A stretch of DNA of 64,000 bases, from assembly GCA_965644295.1 (NCBI GenBank), contig CBFFRP010000314.1:1-64000 (forward strand). The letters are read 5' to 3'. This document shows, one piece after another, positions 48,821 through 61,154 of the stretch (within the stretch, counting starts at the first letter, position 1; each line of letters opens with the position of its first letter). This DNA is from Paraphysomonas bandaiensis (lineage: Eukaryota; Protista; Chrysophyceae). The position numbers were made by a program, and so were the translations under genes. The notes beneath the pieces were generated by a model that saw nothing but the letters and a program-made list of their open reading frames with translations, made no database searches and was not told the origin of the DNA.

Positions 48821-49747
48821 ATGACTGACTCCTCTGACCACTTGTCGCGGTTTATTTCGTCGGGTCTTGCGTCTGGTTTCGCTGAATTCATAACCTTACC
48901 CACTGATGTTGCCAAGGTTCGTCTGCAGTTGCAATTAAATACCAATGTACAAGCAACAACCACATACAATGGGTTTGTTGATTGTCTCTATAAAACTGCC
49001 CGTGACGAGTCCATTACTGCATTATGGAAAGGCTTACTTCCGGCTCTAATTAGACAGGTATGTTACAGCTCCATGTCACTGGTTCTCTATGAACCCATTC
49101 GAAATAATGTTGCTGCATTACTTCGATCGAAAGATAGCACTAATACCCCTTCAATGCTTGAACGATTTGGAGCCGGTGGTATCGCCGGAATGATATCTAT
49201 TGCTTGCTTCAACTGGACTGAAGTTATAAAAACACAAATGCAAGCTTCTCCAGATCTAACCACCATGCGAGCTGTGACATCAAAAATATATAAGAACGAA
49301 GGTTTGCTAGGCTTCTATGCTGGAATCAAGCCTAATGTTATTCGTACTTTTCTCGTCAATGCTACCGAACTTGGCGTCTATGATCAAGTTAAAACTGAAG
49401 TATTTGCCCCCGTATTTGGTCCTGATAACATAATATGTCACCTTGGAGCCAGTAGTTTGGCAGGTGTTGCATCAGCATGTACTTCTACACCTGCAGATGT
49501 TATTAAAACACGTCTTATGAACCAAGCAGGGGGAGATTTTATTAGCAACTGCCCGCCAAATTACGTTCCTTATCGTGGTTTTTTTCATACCGGTGTTCGG
49601 ATATACAAAGAGGAGTCCTTAAAAGCCTTATATAAAGGTTTTGTTCCTATTTGTATTCGGAAAACAGTTTGGTGCACAGCCTTCTTTCTGTCCTATGAAC
49701 AGTTGCGAATGCGCCTTAGTGAATTCAAAGGGAATGTTGTTCTCTAA
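48821..49747 (+). CDS. Mitochondrial carrier (SLC25, UCP/dicarboxylate-like)
   Basis: PTDVAKVRLQ, WTEVIKTQMQ, PADVIKTRLMNQ repeats; LYKGFVP. Confidence 0.92.
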   Translation: MTDSSDHLSRFISSGLASGFAEFITLPTDVAKVRLQLQLNTNVQATTTYNGFVDCLYKTARDESITALWKGLLPALIRQVCYSSMSLVLYEPIRNNVAALLRSKDSTNTPSMLERFGAGGIAGMISIACFNWTEVIKTQMQASPDLTTMRAVTSKIYKNEGLLGFYAGIKPNVIRTFLVNATELGVYDQVKTEVFAPVFGPDNIICHLGASSLAGVASACTSTPADVIKTRLMNQAGGDFISNCPPNYVPYRGFFHTGVRIYKEESLKALYKGFVPICIRKTVWCTAFFLSYEQLRMRLSEFKGNVVL

Positions 49748-51651
49748 AACGTTAAGCTTATTTTTCCCTTTCCCTTGACAAGGAGAATGTTAAATTCTTA
49801 TGTGTATTTTATTATTATGGAAATGCTGGGAATGTTTTCATCTTACATTGCACCAGTAGTGTGGATTAGCTCGGCTTTGTATCATTGCAGTCTACAATGA
49901 TGCGGTAGAACAGTGTTATTATGACAATGTTGTTATTCGTTGGTAATATATTTCTGCAGCGTTTCAAATCTGATAATATCGTGATTGTACAGACTGTTCA
50001 ATACTTGCAAAGTCCGACTAGGAATAGTATACGTGTGTGTTGTTTTCTCATTGAAGATTCTGCATTGATGTCTTGTTAAGAGAAGTTAGAGTCTTGTAAC
50101 CAGATAGAAATTTATTTCTCAGTTTAATCAGCATCGTTAAAACTTACCTGCTAACACTTCCAAACTGCTAATAGGCTTTCAACTATATCTAACAATACTA
50201 GCTCCTTTTTTCTCATGAAAAATTTGGTGCATAGTAAGTAATAATCGTTACATTAAGCATTTAGCTCATACCTGTATCCTGTATAAATGTCACAATTTCA
50301 ATATATGAAAAGTATGAAAAATATTTCATCATTTATATATTAATTTCACATTATATCATGTAATATATATGAGAAACGTGGAGTTGGTTCAGTGAGTTGG
50401 AGTTGTAGCGGCATCTTAGTGGGTGCAAATATCTGTTATATACGTTGTAATTCCTTCCTGCTCTGGCACAACAGTAATATATATTAGCATTCCATTGAAG
50501 ATTGAAGCGTTATATATATGAATATCTGATTATTACATGAGAACGATTGTAAATAGCTTCTAAGGTAATGACTATTAACTTATAATAACTTGGTTTACTA
50601 CTGTATAATGGTCATACTTGCTCAACCGTTTCGGGACTGCTTGTGTATAGCTGCGAGCACCATGGTGCAACCGTCTCTTGTAGAGAAGTTAGTCTGAGGG
50701 TCAACCTTTGAGCAGTATGTCTGGCTGTCCTGTACCACTATGGGTGGAAGGGGAGAAATTTAGGTGGGAGTGTGGGTTTTGGAGCATGCGGTAAATACCA
50801 GGTAGGAGGCATTTACCCCGTTATACCAGGTAGGAGGATAGAGGTAAAGGAAATTCAAGGGCGTTGAATTGCTGTTCGAGCAAGGAGGTGGATATATTGT
50901 GCCCGAATGTGTCTGCCAGTTGCGAGGCGGTGAGGTAGCCGGTCCAGTAGCGCGTAACTCAAGGGGAGTTTGGATTCCACGGGGCTGCTGTTAGTTTCAT
51001 GATGGCAGTAGTGTGTGGAACCATTTTGTTTACAGATTTTGTCAAGCTTCCTGCGATATGCTAGAAAGACGTCTTCTCGTATGTGAATAATGTCGGGATG
51101 AGTGCATTGGAGGAGTATGTGCGCTATGATGTCAGTAGGGTGAGCACAGTCAGAGGATGTGGCTGCCGTGGCGTGTTCTGATCCGAGTTTGCCTTTTTTG
51201 ATCGATTCCTTCACATTGCATATTATGACTTATCCCAAACGTAGGAAATGTAATGTTTGGGGGAGTTATGGGTGTGAAGTGGGTGAAAAGCTTGTGTGGA
51301 AGCCTTCTTGTTCCACTGCGTGTCCAGAATTGCGGGTCACGCTGAGATCGTGTGGCATACATAATATCTCGTGTGAGGGTGTATTGTGGTGTAGGTCCCA
51401 TTGATGGCTGAGGTCCGTGACATCTCCTAGCATTGGACCAGTGTCTGTGATTAGGTATTTGTCGTACCTCCGCCAGTGCCATTGCCCCGTGGTGAGGAAT
51501 TCTTCTAAGATGTGCGTTGTATCAGTAGTGAAAACACTGTAGTTGGAGGCGCCAAGTCGTACTTTATCTAATCTAATGTATTCCAATCGCTAGAGGCGGC
51601 TGCGTCTACTATATAGATGCCGTGATCCGTGTAAGTCCACTTGCTATACAT

Positions 51652-52363
51652 CAGGCTTTTGCGTAACAATTAATTGGTGACAGATGACCAACAATAATAA
51701 TTGCAAATATTAATCAAGCAATTATTGCCAATTAATTGCCTTCAATTCTATTGCTAGATTTTAGAATAACCTTCTGAACTATAATCTCATCCCATAGATG
51801 CCGAAACATCAACATTTTAAGGTGTCTAGGTGTCATTCGCTTGCCAAAATCATTCATAACAATATTAGCTCTGCTAAACAACCTCTCACAAACATTGGTA
51901 GTGCTATACAAATGCTTCATGCAAAGATATTATGTTGGAAGTTTGATGTGTGCTTTTTTGCGCTTTCGGTTTGTTGCTGTTTGTGAGCAATTAAAAGCTG
52001 TAGTTTCCAAGATATTAGAATTATATCCGTTACTCAAAGAATACAGTAGTAGCTAGCTGTAGTATGAGAACCAATAATATGATAGCAATTGTAGTGATAA
52101 AACTGAAATATACTGACTGTACAAGATAGTGACGATGTAAGATCGTACTAGAAATGGTTGGTGTAGTAGAGATAGAAAGAGTTGGTGAACGTCAATGAAT
52201 GAAGTATGGTATCTCTCATAATTATATAATATTCCATATAAGTGTTAACGAAGGTTTATTACTAAAAATGTCTATTTCTAACACGGTTGGCAAATAATTG
52301 GAATTATCACTATTAACACCAATTAAATTAATTGGCAATCCAATTAATTGTTACGCAAGCCTG
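51652..52363 (-). mobile_element. Non-autonomous hAT with transposase C-terminal remnant
   Basis: TIR CAGGCTT..GCGTAACAATTAATTGG; peptide TTNVCERLFSRANIVM...RMTPRHLKMLMF; flanks TGCTATAC/TGCTATAT. Confidence 0.85.
51972..52283 (+). mobile_element. Solo LTR family 4 (312 bp, TG...CA)
   Basis: 5-bp TSD CGGTT on both sides. Confidence 0.85.
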
Positions 52364-53156
52364 TGCTATATCTTCTTCTGTTCTCTACTTTGTTTTGACC
52401 TTTGCTGTGATGTATTGGTTTTAGTTTACCTTCTGTGTGAACTTATATAATATATACATATATAATTAAATGTACTTCAAAAAGTGCAATAAAATAGAAA
52501 CTCATTCAACATGTCATTTTTTACTTTTCTTCCAAATTGTAAATTAAGGGTTAATTTTTAAGGGGAAATATTATTCAACCTAGTCAAATTGGTTGAATTA
52601 CCTAGTCACGCTATTTTTGGTGGAATAACCTAGTCAAAGTAATAAATGACTCAACCTAGTCAACTTTGGTATTCAACCTAGTCGTTCTTATATCCATTGA
52701 TTACACACTGTGACTGTCTAAGATACCATCTCACACCACACAATATATTAGTGGCTTACAGAGCATCACATCAAACACTCGAACATAACAATAAGCTCAT
52801 ATATACATATCTACATAACACAGATGTACGTGTATGTCTATCTAGCCTATCTGTAGCATGTATGCATATAGCGATGGGTCCCTGTGAGTGTTATGGGGAG
52901 GAGGGTCCATGAAGCTGTGGGCATAACTCACTCTATGATCCGCAGGACATCTTGAGATCTTCATATGCTGGGAGTGATGGCGCTCACTTTCCTTCATTCC
53001 TTCACTGAATGAATGACTTCGATTGCTGCATTGGCTTTCAGGGGTGCATAAATCTCCCTATTTTTAGTCCAACGGAAAAAAAAGGAGGTTTTCAGGGAAC
53101 AAACTTCTAAAAGCAGCATCATTGAAGTGGACTGTAGAGCAGCATCAGAACATCAG

Positions 53157-54432
53157 CATCATGAGTGTGTCATCAGTCTTACAGCATCATGAGTGTGTCA
53201 TCAGTCTTACAGTATCATGAGTGTGTCATCAGTCTTACAGTATCATGAGTGTGTCGTCAGTCTTACAGCATCATGAGTGTGTCATCAGTCTTACAGTATC
53301 ATGAGTGTGTCATCAGTCTTACAGCATCATGAGTGTGTCATCAGTCTTACAGTATCATGAGTGTGTCGTCAGTCTTACAGCATCATGAGTGTGTCATCAG
53401 TCTTACAGTATCATGAGTGTGTCATCAGTCTTACGGCATCATGAGTGTGTCATCAGTCTTACAGTATCATGAGTGTGTCATCAGTCTTACAGTATCATGA
53501 GTGTGTCATCAGTCTTACAGTATCATGAGTGTGTCATCAGTCTTACAGCATCATGAGTGTGTCATCAGTCTTACAGTATCATGAGTGTGTCGTCAGTCTT
53601 ACAGCATCATGAGTGTGTCATCAGTCTTACAGTATCATGAGTGTGTCATCAGTCTTACAGTATCATGAGTGTGTCATCAGTCTTACAGTATCATGAGTGT
53701 GTCATCAGTCTTACAGCATCATGAGTGTGTCATCAGTCTTACAGTATCATGAGTGTGTCATCAGTCTTACAGCATCATGAGTGTGTCATCAGTCTTACAG
53801 TATCATGAGTGTGTCATCAGTCTTACAGTATCATGAGTGTGTCGTCAGTCTTACGGCATCATGAGTGTGTCATCAGTCTTACAGTATCATGAGTGTGTCA
53901 TCAGTCTTACAGTATCATGAGTGTGTCATCAGTCTTACAGTATCATGAGTGTGTCATCAGTCTTACAGCATCATGAGTGTGTCATCAGTCTTACAGTATC
54001 ATGAGTGTGTCGTCAGTCTTACAGCATCATGAGTGTGTCATCAGTCTTACAGTATCATGAGTGTGTCATCAGTCTTACAGTATCATGAGTGTGTCATCAG
54101 TCTTACAGTATCATGAGTGTGTCATCAGTCTTACAGCATCATGAGTGTGTCATCAGTCTTACAGTATCATGAGTGTGTCATCAGTCTTACAGCATCATGA
54201 GTGTGTCATCAGTCTTACAGTATCATGAGTGTGTCATCAGTCTTACAGTATCATGAGTGTGTCATCAGTCTTACAGTATCATGAGTGTGTCATCAGTCTT
54301 ACAGCATCATGAGTGTGTCATCAGTCTTACAGTATCATGAGTGTGTCATCAGTCTTAAGGTATCATCATGAGTGTGTCATCAGTCTTAAGGTATCATCAT
54401 GAGTGTGTCATCAGTCTTACAGTATCATCATG
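53157..54432. repeat. 28-bp minisatellite (YATCATGAGTGTGTCATCAGTCTTACAG), ~45 copies
   Basis: Direct reading; 420-bp higher-order periodicity. Confidence 0.98.
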
Positions 54433-54780
54433 GTCATGTGCATCGAGACTGCCTCACTGGCGCATGCGCAATTGTAGACCCCGGTCCTCAAAACTGTAAG
54501 CGCATGGATGTTATAGTCCAGGGTAGAAATGAGGTTCATTGGTAAGTATAACGACTCATGGATTATTCATCATTAGCAGCGAATAAATGTTTATAGGTAC
54601 GTGAACTCAAAGAGGAACTTGTTCATTATTGAACATACGAGGGAGAACAGAATGTGCAAATCTTATATAGATATGTTTCATTCCGTCAAAAGGAAAGATC
54701 GACTTTCACTGGGGGAATGTAGGGAGAGGTGTAGTATTGTACTTATGCGTCTGAATAGAGTACTAATCATTCTGTAACAG

Positions 54781-55351
54781 ATTTCTCAGTATGTATGTTG
54801 TTCGAGAGGTTCCCTACAAAGTGAAGCGCAGAACCTGCACCTCTCTTGTTTGTAGCTGCCCTAGGTTTTGGGACAATGGTCGATACTGCCCCCACTCGCT
54901 AGCAGTACATCACTTGAGAGGTATGGGTAGTACATTTCTTTCTTAATTATATTTCTTAATATTGCCACCAGGGGACATTGATGTGAAGCACATGTCCAGC
55001 TCGATCAGGCCTGCTAGGAAACGCGGCCGGCCTCGCAATGCAGCAAAAGCTTTAATCAATGATGAATCCATTGATGTCATGGCCCTCAAGCCAGGGAACT
55101 GGAAGAATACGTACGTTCGCCACCCCCAGTACCTGAATGGTATGTGCGTAGATTACCGCGTAGTGCCGAATCACAAGAATGAAAAACTCCTTCGATGGCA
55201 GTGTCGGTTCTCGGATGCCCCTGATGACATACTTCCACACCCTAAGATTGTTGGGTTCGATGTCCATGAAATGAAGGAGGCTGTCGAACTTCACCGGACT
55301 TGGTCACGAGAAACTGCGCATTTCTCGTTCGATTGCGAAGACGAAATGTGA
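54781..55351 (+). pseudogene. MULE transposase 3' exons (SWIM finger, AT-hook, C-terminal domain)
   Basis: CSCPRFWDNGRYCPH (54851-54895), GT-AG intron, then RKRGRPR; DDE core not seen. Confidence 0.8.
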
Positions 55352-55814
55352 TGCATTGCATGTGTACAATAGATGCATTTGCATTAATTGATGGCTAGAG
55401 TATGCTCCCATGTTTGAGTAGAAGTTATTATTTTTGACTAGGTGAATACCTTAAAACACCTAGTCAACCTAGTCATTGTAAACTGAAAATATGAATTATT
55501 AAATGACTAGGTTTTTCACCTACTTGACTAGGTTTTTACACCAATTTTGGTGTGACTAGGTAGTTCAACCATTTTGACTAGGTTGAATAATACATCCCGT
55601 GACCCATTTTTAAGAGTGTTTTATAATTTGATTTATTCTATGTGAAGCTTTAGTACGTTATGAAGCGTATCGGAATTGTCGATGAAAAGAAGAAAAACGA
55701 TATTTTCGTTGTCACTGTGTGTGCGATATTGGTCAAATTATTCCAGTCAGACGTTCCTTTTCTTATTAATATTACATCGCTTGTTAATGTAGACACTACA
55801 CACAGCACATATGA

Positions 55815-57509
55815 TTACGCGTGCGATAGACGTGATTCTAGTTCGTGACACCTCCTGACCACACCTTCCAGAGCCTCTAGTAGCTCAACCTCCCGTCTCC
55901 TATGGTTTTACAATGACAATGTAATAAAAAAATATAACAACAGCAGCTCACCTATACATGTCTATCGTTGCGTGGTCCGCAGACCTGTCAAAAACCCGGT
56001 CGGACTTCCTGGAACTACCGTACGCGGTCGAATAGTTCGTACGTGTGGGACTAACGTCACGGGTGCCATTGGATTCTCTACGACTACTTTCTTGGGTCCT
56101 TCCTCCACTTATGTTCAACTCCTGCCGTTGTATCTGTACCAGTCCTTGTCTCAGAATCTCAGCCTGCGACTCATGCTTCTTGCTTGTGGCTGCCCAACGG
56201 TCCCGCTCCTCTCCTACCCTCTCTAACTCTGCTTCCAACCGAGCAATTTCTTCTGCCTCCAACAAGGTGATTTCCTCCGCCGAAGCTCTCACTCTCTCTA
56301 GGTTGCTCTCCAAACTCGATATCATCTTTCGACCAGCAGAAACCTGTTCCCGAAGAGAGGCATTTTCTGCTCTTACGTCCTCCAATTGACTCTTGGTGGA
56401 CTCTAACTCCCTGAAGAGTACAGACTTTGGTTTGTGGGAACTATACGCGTCGGCATCAAGGTTAGAAGTGTGGACAGCAGCTGATGGTGTTGACAGTATG
56501 TGTCGCGGGCTACTGGGAGGCGATTTCCTATTATCAGTTGCAATAGATCCAGATTGTGGTTGAGGAGAGATCATGTGCGGAGCTCCCAACCTTGGAGCAG
56601 GATGCAATCCCCCAGAATTGCCAGTAACACTCGGAGATGTATCTTCATGTACACCAGTAGCGGGACGGTGATCCCTGTTTGGTCGGGCTGTAGCTACTGC
56701 AGGTGGTGGTGCAAATCTGATATGAGCGGTAGAATCCGCAGCATCGTTCTCTGTAGGTGGAAAAGGTAAATTACGCATGCCACGAGCAATGCTTGAAATA
56801 GCGCTAGTTTTCATGGATTGGTTCTGTTCGTTTCGAATAAGAAGGATTTCCTGTTTGGAAATACGGTCTGTTAATACTTCTACGTTCCTCTGGGCAGCAG
56901 CTAAAGCTTGACGTTCTTTTTCAAGTGCCGTGTTTTTCTCTTCCACGATCCGCATAAGTTCACCAACCCTATCCGCGCACTCTGATATGAGCAGTGCATC
57001 TGCCTCATGGGCGTCCTTCAAGCGCTGTATTTCTTTTTCGTAAGCGGCTATCAGGGCAGCATCATGTTGAGCTATTGCCTGAGCCGCCTGCCGCTCACGT
57101 TTCAAATTCTCCTCCAATTGCAGACTACCCATTTGTCGGTTCTTCAGGAATAGATTCTCGTAAGATGAATTATTACTTTCTTGTTTCGCTTTTAGTAGCG
57201 CCAGTTCGGTTTCAAGCTCAGATATCCTCCGCTGGGACTCCTCATTAGCCATCCGCAGCTGCTCATAAGTCATATCGCGCTCATGAAGAACATCTACAAC
57301 GCGTTCTGCTTCATCCACCGCAGCAGATTCATTGGACTTGGAGTTATTCATGTAGTATATCCTGCACCACACCTTACACTCATGTTCAGCACACAGCAGA
57401 TGTGAGCTCACCTCATCTTAAGGTCAAAGTTCTCTCGCTCAAGAGCCGATATCTTCCTATCGACCTCACTCTCATTGAGAGATTGATCGTTAGAGACTTT
57501 GTGTGACAT
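55815..57509 (-). CDS. Centrosomin motif 1 (CM1) coiled-coil protein, 3 exons
   Basis: Splicing exon 1 to exon 2 gives ISALERENFDLKMRIYYM, matching the CM1 consensus LxKENFxLKLRIYF. Confidence 0.8.
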
Positions 57510-58116
57510 TATCTGAATGATCTTATCGAATATGTGCACTCGAATGCGTATATATCACTATACCATGTAACACTACGCTATATATACATATACTACACGA
57601 TAGAGACAATCACACACGCTGACACCAGACGGCATCTGTCAACAATACCATGGAATATTATACACACCCAACAAGCAGCAGCCGTCATTTGATTGCGCTT
57701 GTTTCCTGCGCACTGCTCTCACCTGTGCATACATGTACATATGCAGTGCTGTACTGCTGTATACGTACAACTGCATACTGAACCATACTGAGACTGTCGC
57801 ACAGATCGGACATGACAAATCGCCAACATTTTTATTGCGGGTGTAATTTTTTAAACGGACAAAATCATGATGTATTTTTCACACCACCGCTAAAAAGTCA
57901 ATTTTCAGTCTTCAAAACCCAAGAGTTCAGGAAATACTGGCAGGAGAGAGCGGAAATCACTGGACATTAGACGAAAACCGCAGCACACAGAGCAGAGCAG
58001 AGCAATGGCCACACTCCCATCCTTCCATATTTAAAATATTCGCCATTGCATTGTGTACACACGTTATCTGTGAAATAACGGTTACAGTCAATTGGAGGCT
58101 TGTATTCTTACACACA

Positions 58117-58808
58117 ATGAAAAGACCTCTATTCGAGGAAATCCAAACCTCTGATACAGTTGTTGAGTTTATTGCACGTGAAAGAAGCCTACCCGTGGCA
58201 AATCTTGTTGGGTTGTTTGTCTGTTTGGCAGTTGTATTCTACGTTCCTCTAATGCTGGTGTGTACTATCATGTATATAGTATCGTGCGTGTTACGCCGTT
58301 GTAGTTTGTTTTAGGCTTACCACTTTTACTTCAACTGTATTCTCTTTCCAATACAGTTTCAGAGGGTTAGTCTATTCATGGTGTCATTATGTTCTAATAT
58401 GGTCCATTTATAATAGAGTCTATGACCACGATTAGAGATTTCGGCGTACAACTACGTATAAAGTATTGGAATGGTTATGAAGATTTAGTGGTAGATGTTC
58501 TTATTTTGAGGTTATAACCTAACCTTGGTCGCAGTTTTATCATGCCGACAAAATTGGGGGGATACTTATTCAAGAGTGTATTAAAGGAAGTGGTGTTCAG
58601 TTTTATTTTTCTTTTATCATCAATGGCGAGAACGAACTCTCTGTTGCTTTCGAGGTGTGTAGCCATGAGATGAGGTTATTTGTGATATCAACTCTATGTA
58701 AAATAGAACACATGTCCTGGACTACAGGCAATACAAAGAGTATATGAAGTATGCGCAGATTTTTTACCAGGAGCGGCACACGGCAGGCCCTACCCTTTGT
58801 CCAAGTAA
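58117..58808 (+). CDS. PIGH: GPI-GlcNAc transferase subunit H, 5 exons
   Basis: Spliced translation: two TM helices, EESMTTIRDFGVQL..KYWNG, IGGILIQE, VQFYFSFI, VAFENTCPGLQAIQRVYE. Confidence 0.85.
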
Positions 58809-59392
58809 CAGTATCACGAGAAAATGTCCTATATCGCATACGAAGATATCCTGAGTTTGTCGATATCGCCCCCTCAGTGCGCTTAAAGATATTTACAGCT
58901 TAGCAGTTGCTTATAACTGTGGTTTCGCACAAAGGGGTATCGTGCAATCTAAATTGCTGATTGTAGAAAGTTTTCGCTTTATCCGGCCTGTCCAAGTATT
59001 GTGGTACTATGCTTTCAGCGTGCCTCAGGGAAGGCAGCCGGAGTGAGTAAATATTATTTTCAGTGTCCTTATTTTAGACATGTGATAACATACAATCGGA
59101 AAATGCAGTTTAGCCGTACCCCTCTATGAAATTGGATCAGGAAAAGTTATGTTTTCAATAGTATTTACCAATATGTTTGAATTGACTAGATGAGTATAGA
59201 GTATATTATTATTCAAGTAAGTAGTATCAGAATAACTAATACAGCTCAAGCAGCTCTTATTATTACCTACCATCATTATGTGTTTTGTTAGAGATTTTTA
59301 TTGGGATTTCTATATTTTTCCTTGTATTAAAATCGGCTCCACAGAGTAACATCATCGCTAATATATGCTATTACTTACAGCTTACATCAGGC

Positions 59393-59485
59393 ATATATAT
59401 TGAAAGTCTTGTTATTTAGCAATAGGCGTTAGAAACATGTGCCAATATAGTGGCTAGTTGAATGCTAGACATACTAGTTAATCAT
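59393..59485 (-). mobile_element. LINE extreme 3' tail (copy F)
   Basis: Matches 33000-33085; ends in (AT)n. Confidence 0.8.
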
Positions 59486-59759
59486 ACACATAAGGGATAA
59501 GGGTTCAAATCACGTTTATATCATATACATTAGTATTGAATTAATGCTTAGAATGGTGTAAAAAATTGCTCAAGTTGATATGTAAAATATTGTATAGTGT
59601 GTAAGAGAATTGGGGGTGTCGGATGACTCAAACCAATTATGTCATAATATAGACAAGTAGCCCCGAATTATCGTTATCAGCCATTCTTATCAGTTCTAAA
59701 CTCATATAAATTGGCTGTCAACAAAACAAAATCACTATTCATTATTTCTTTCCTATTAC

Positions 59760-60420
59760 GAAGAGGAAAGAGCCTACCGCAGCAGCAGAGCCTGAAATAG
59801 CTCCATACCGCATACCGCAGGTTGAGCGATTCTGGTCGGGAACTATCACCGAGACTCAGCTGGAAAATATTTTTGGAGCGGAATACAACTGCGCCTTAAG
59901 CTCGCGAGGACTTCGTACTCTAGAAACAACAGTTGTCACTCTTCTTCAACTGCTTTACGCTGCAGCCAAAGAAATGATTCAAGACCGCAGGGGCCACATA
60001 GACTTCCCCCCCAGAACGCACATGGTTCTTACACACGGTCAAACGGCGGAAACCACGGGTTCTTCGCTTACTAGGTGCAACAGGAGACCAACCTTACACG
60101 TCTCCCTATTTCACTATCCAAGGCGCAGCCACCGTCAGCTATTCCATCACCCCAGGCCCAAATCCAACCCCTCGCCCATGCATCTCAGGTTCGGAACATT
60201 CGACTCACAAATCCAGAATCCTGTGACTTCACAAAATTCTGCAGAGACCTACCCAAGGGACACCCCCCTGACCAATCCCATCTGCACTACTAGGACTCAC
60301 GCCCATAGAATCTTCTAACTCACATACAAGAACCGAAGTGGTCGCACCTTGGTGCTTGCGGCAACGCACAAACAGCTTTCGTTGCGCTACATACATGCCA
60401 ATAATAAGACTTGCATATAG
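59760..60420 (+). mobile_element. 5'-truncated LINE (copy E)
   Basis: ORF tail PKGHPPD like copy A; core motif at 60340-60376; AATAATAAGACTT end. Confidence 0.7.
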
Positions 60421-61154
60421 TAAATTACTATACTTATTCAGCACGACCATGAATAAAATCAATGTTAGTACTATATCTCGATTAAGTTGAATGTATTGGT
60501 TTGATTTCTTTCATCAACCACGATATGTTCCAGTTATCTATCCCCATGCCCAGGCATGATACCCCACCCTTCTATACCTCACATCAATACCCGCTATCAC
60601 ATCTATACTCACTGTCCTATCGTCATACTCTATGCCATCTACCTATCCCCATACTGAGTCATGTGTCTTGGAAGGGTACAGCGGGACTATGCATGCCTTT
60701 CACTTGTCGACTTCCGTCCTTGCACTGTACAAGATCCAGAGGAGACAGACACGAGGCGTATTCTTATGTTCCGTATCAGCAGTCAGCATCTTATTTTCGG
60801 AAATAAATTGAATCAAATATTCTCTATATTACTGATATACAACTACGGCTGGAATACAGATTATTGTTATCTCAATATTAGAGGCATATTTGAACAAAAA
60901 TATACAAAGGATGCCAATACGTCCGTATTCTATTGTATTCCAGGTATTCACATGGCCCCTTTCGCACACAGCAACAGTCCAGTGCAGGTAATTTCTGTAG
61001 AACAAGATGATCCTACATACACCTGCTGTAGACTGCAGCAGGAGAATGAGCGCACCATGGCATACACACATATCTGTCTTTAGTTCATCGCCTGTGCCTT
61101 GAACTACATTAAGAACAATATTAGCTGTAGCACCTGCTGAGTCTGCTGTTTATT

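Larger units (their letters stand above)
50570..52420 (-). mobile_element. Degenerate LINE 3' portion (copy D), interrupted by a hAT element
   Basis: CCHC-like SDCAHPTDIIAHILLQC; RNase-H-like KWTYTDHGIYIVDAAA continues across the hAT junction; 3' core motif at 50637-50672. Confidence 0.7.
52563..55605 (+). mobile_element. Mutator-like (MULE) DNA transposon, internally deleted
   Basis: 9-bp TSD ATTTTTAAG; long imperfect TIRs with ACCTAGTCA repeats; SWIM finger and AT-hook exons. Confidence 0.9.

Noticed and set aside
53157-54432. CRISPR array
   Set aside because: Contiguous 28-bp units with no unique spacers, no cas genes, eukaryotic context.
59490-59520. tRNA (GGTTCAAATC T-loop-like)
   Set aside because: No cloverleaf or acceptor stem can be built.
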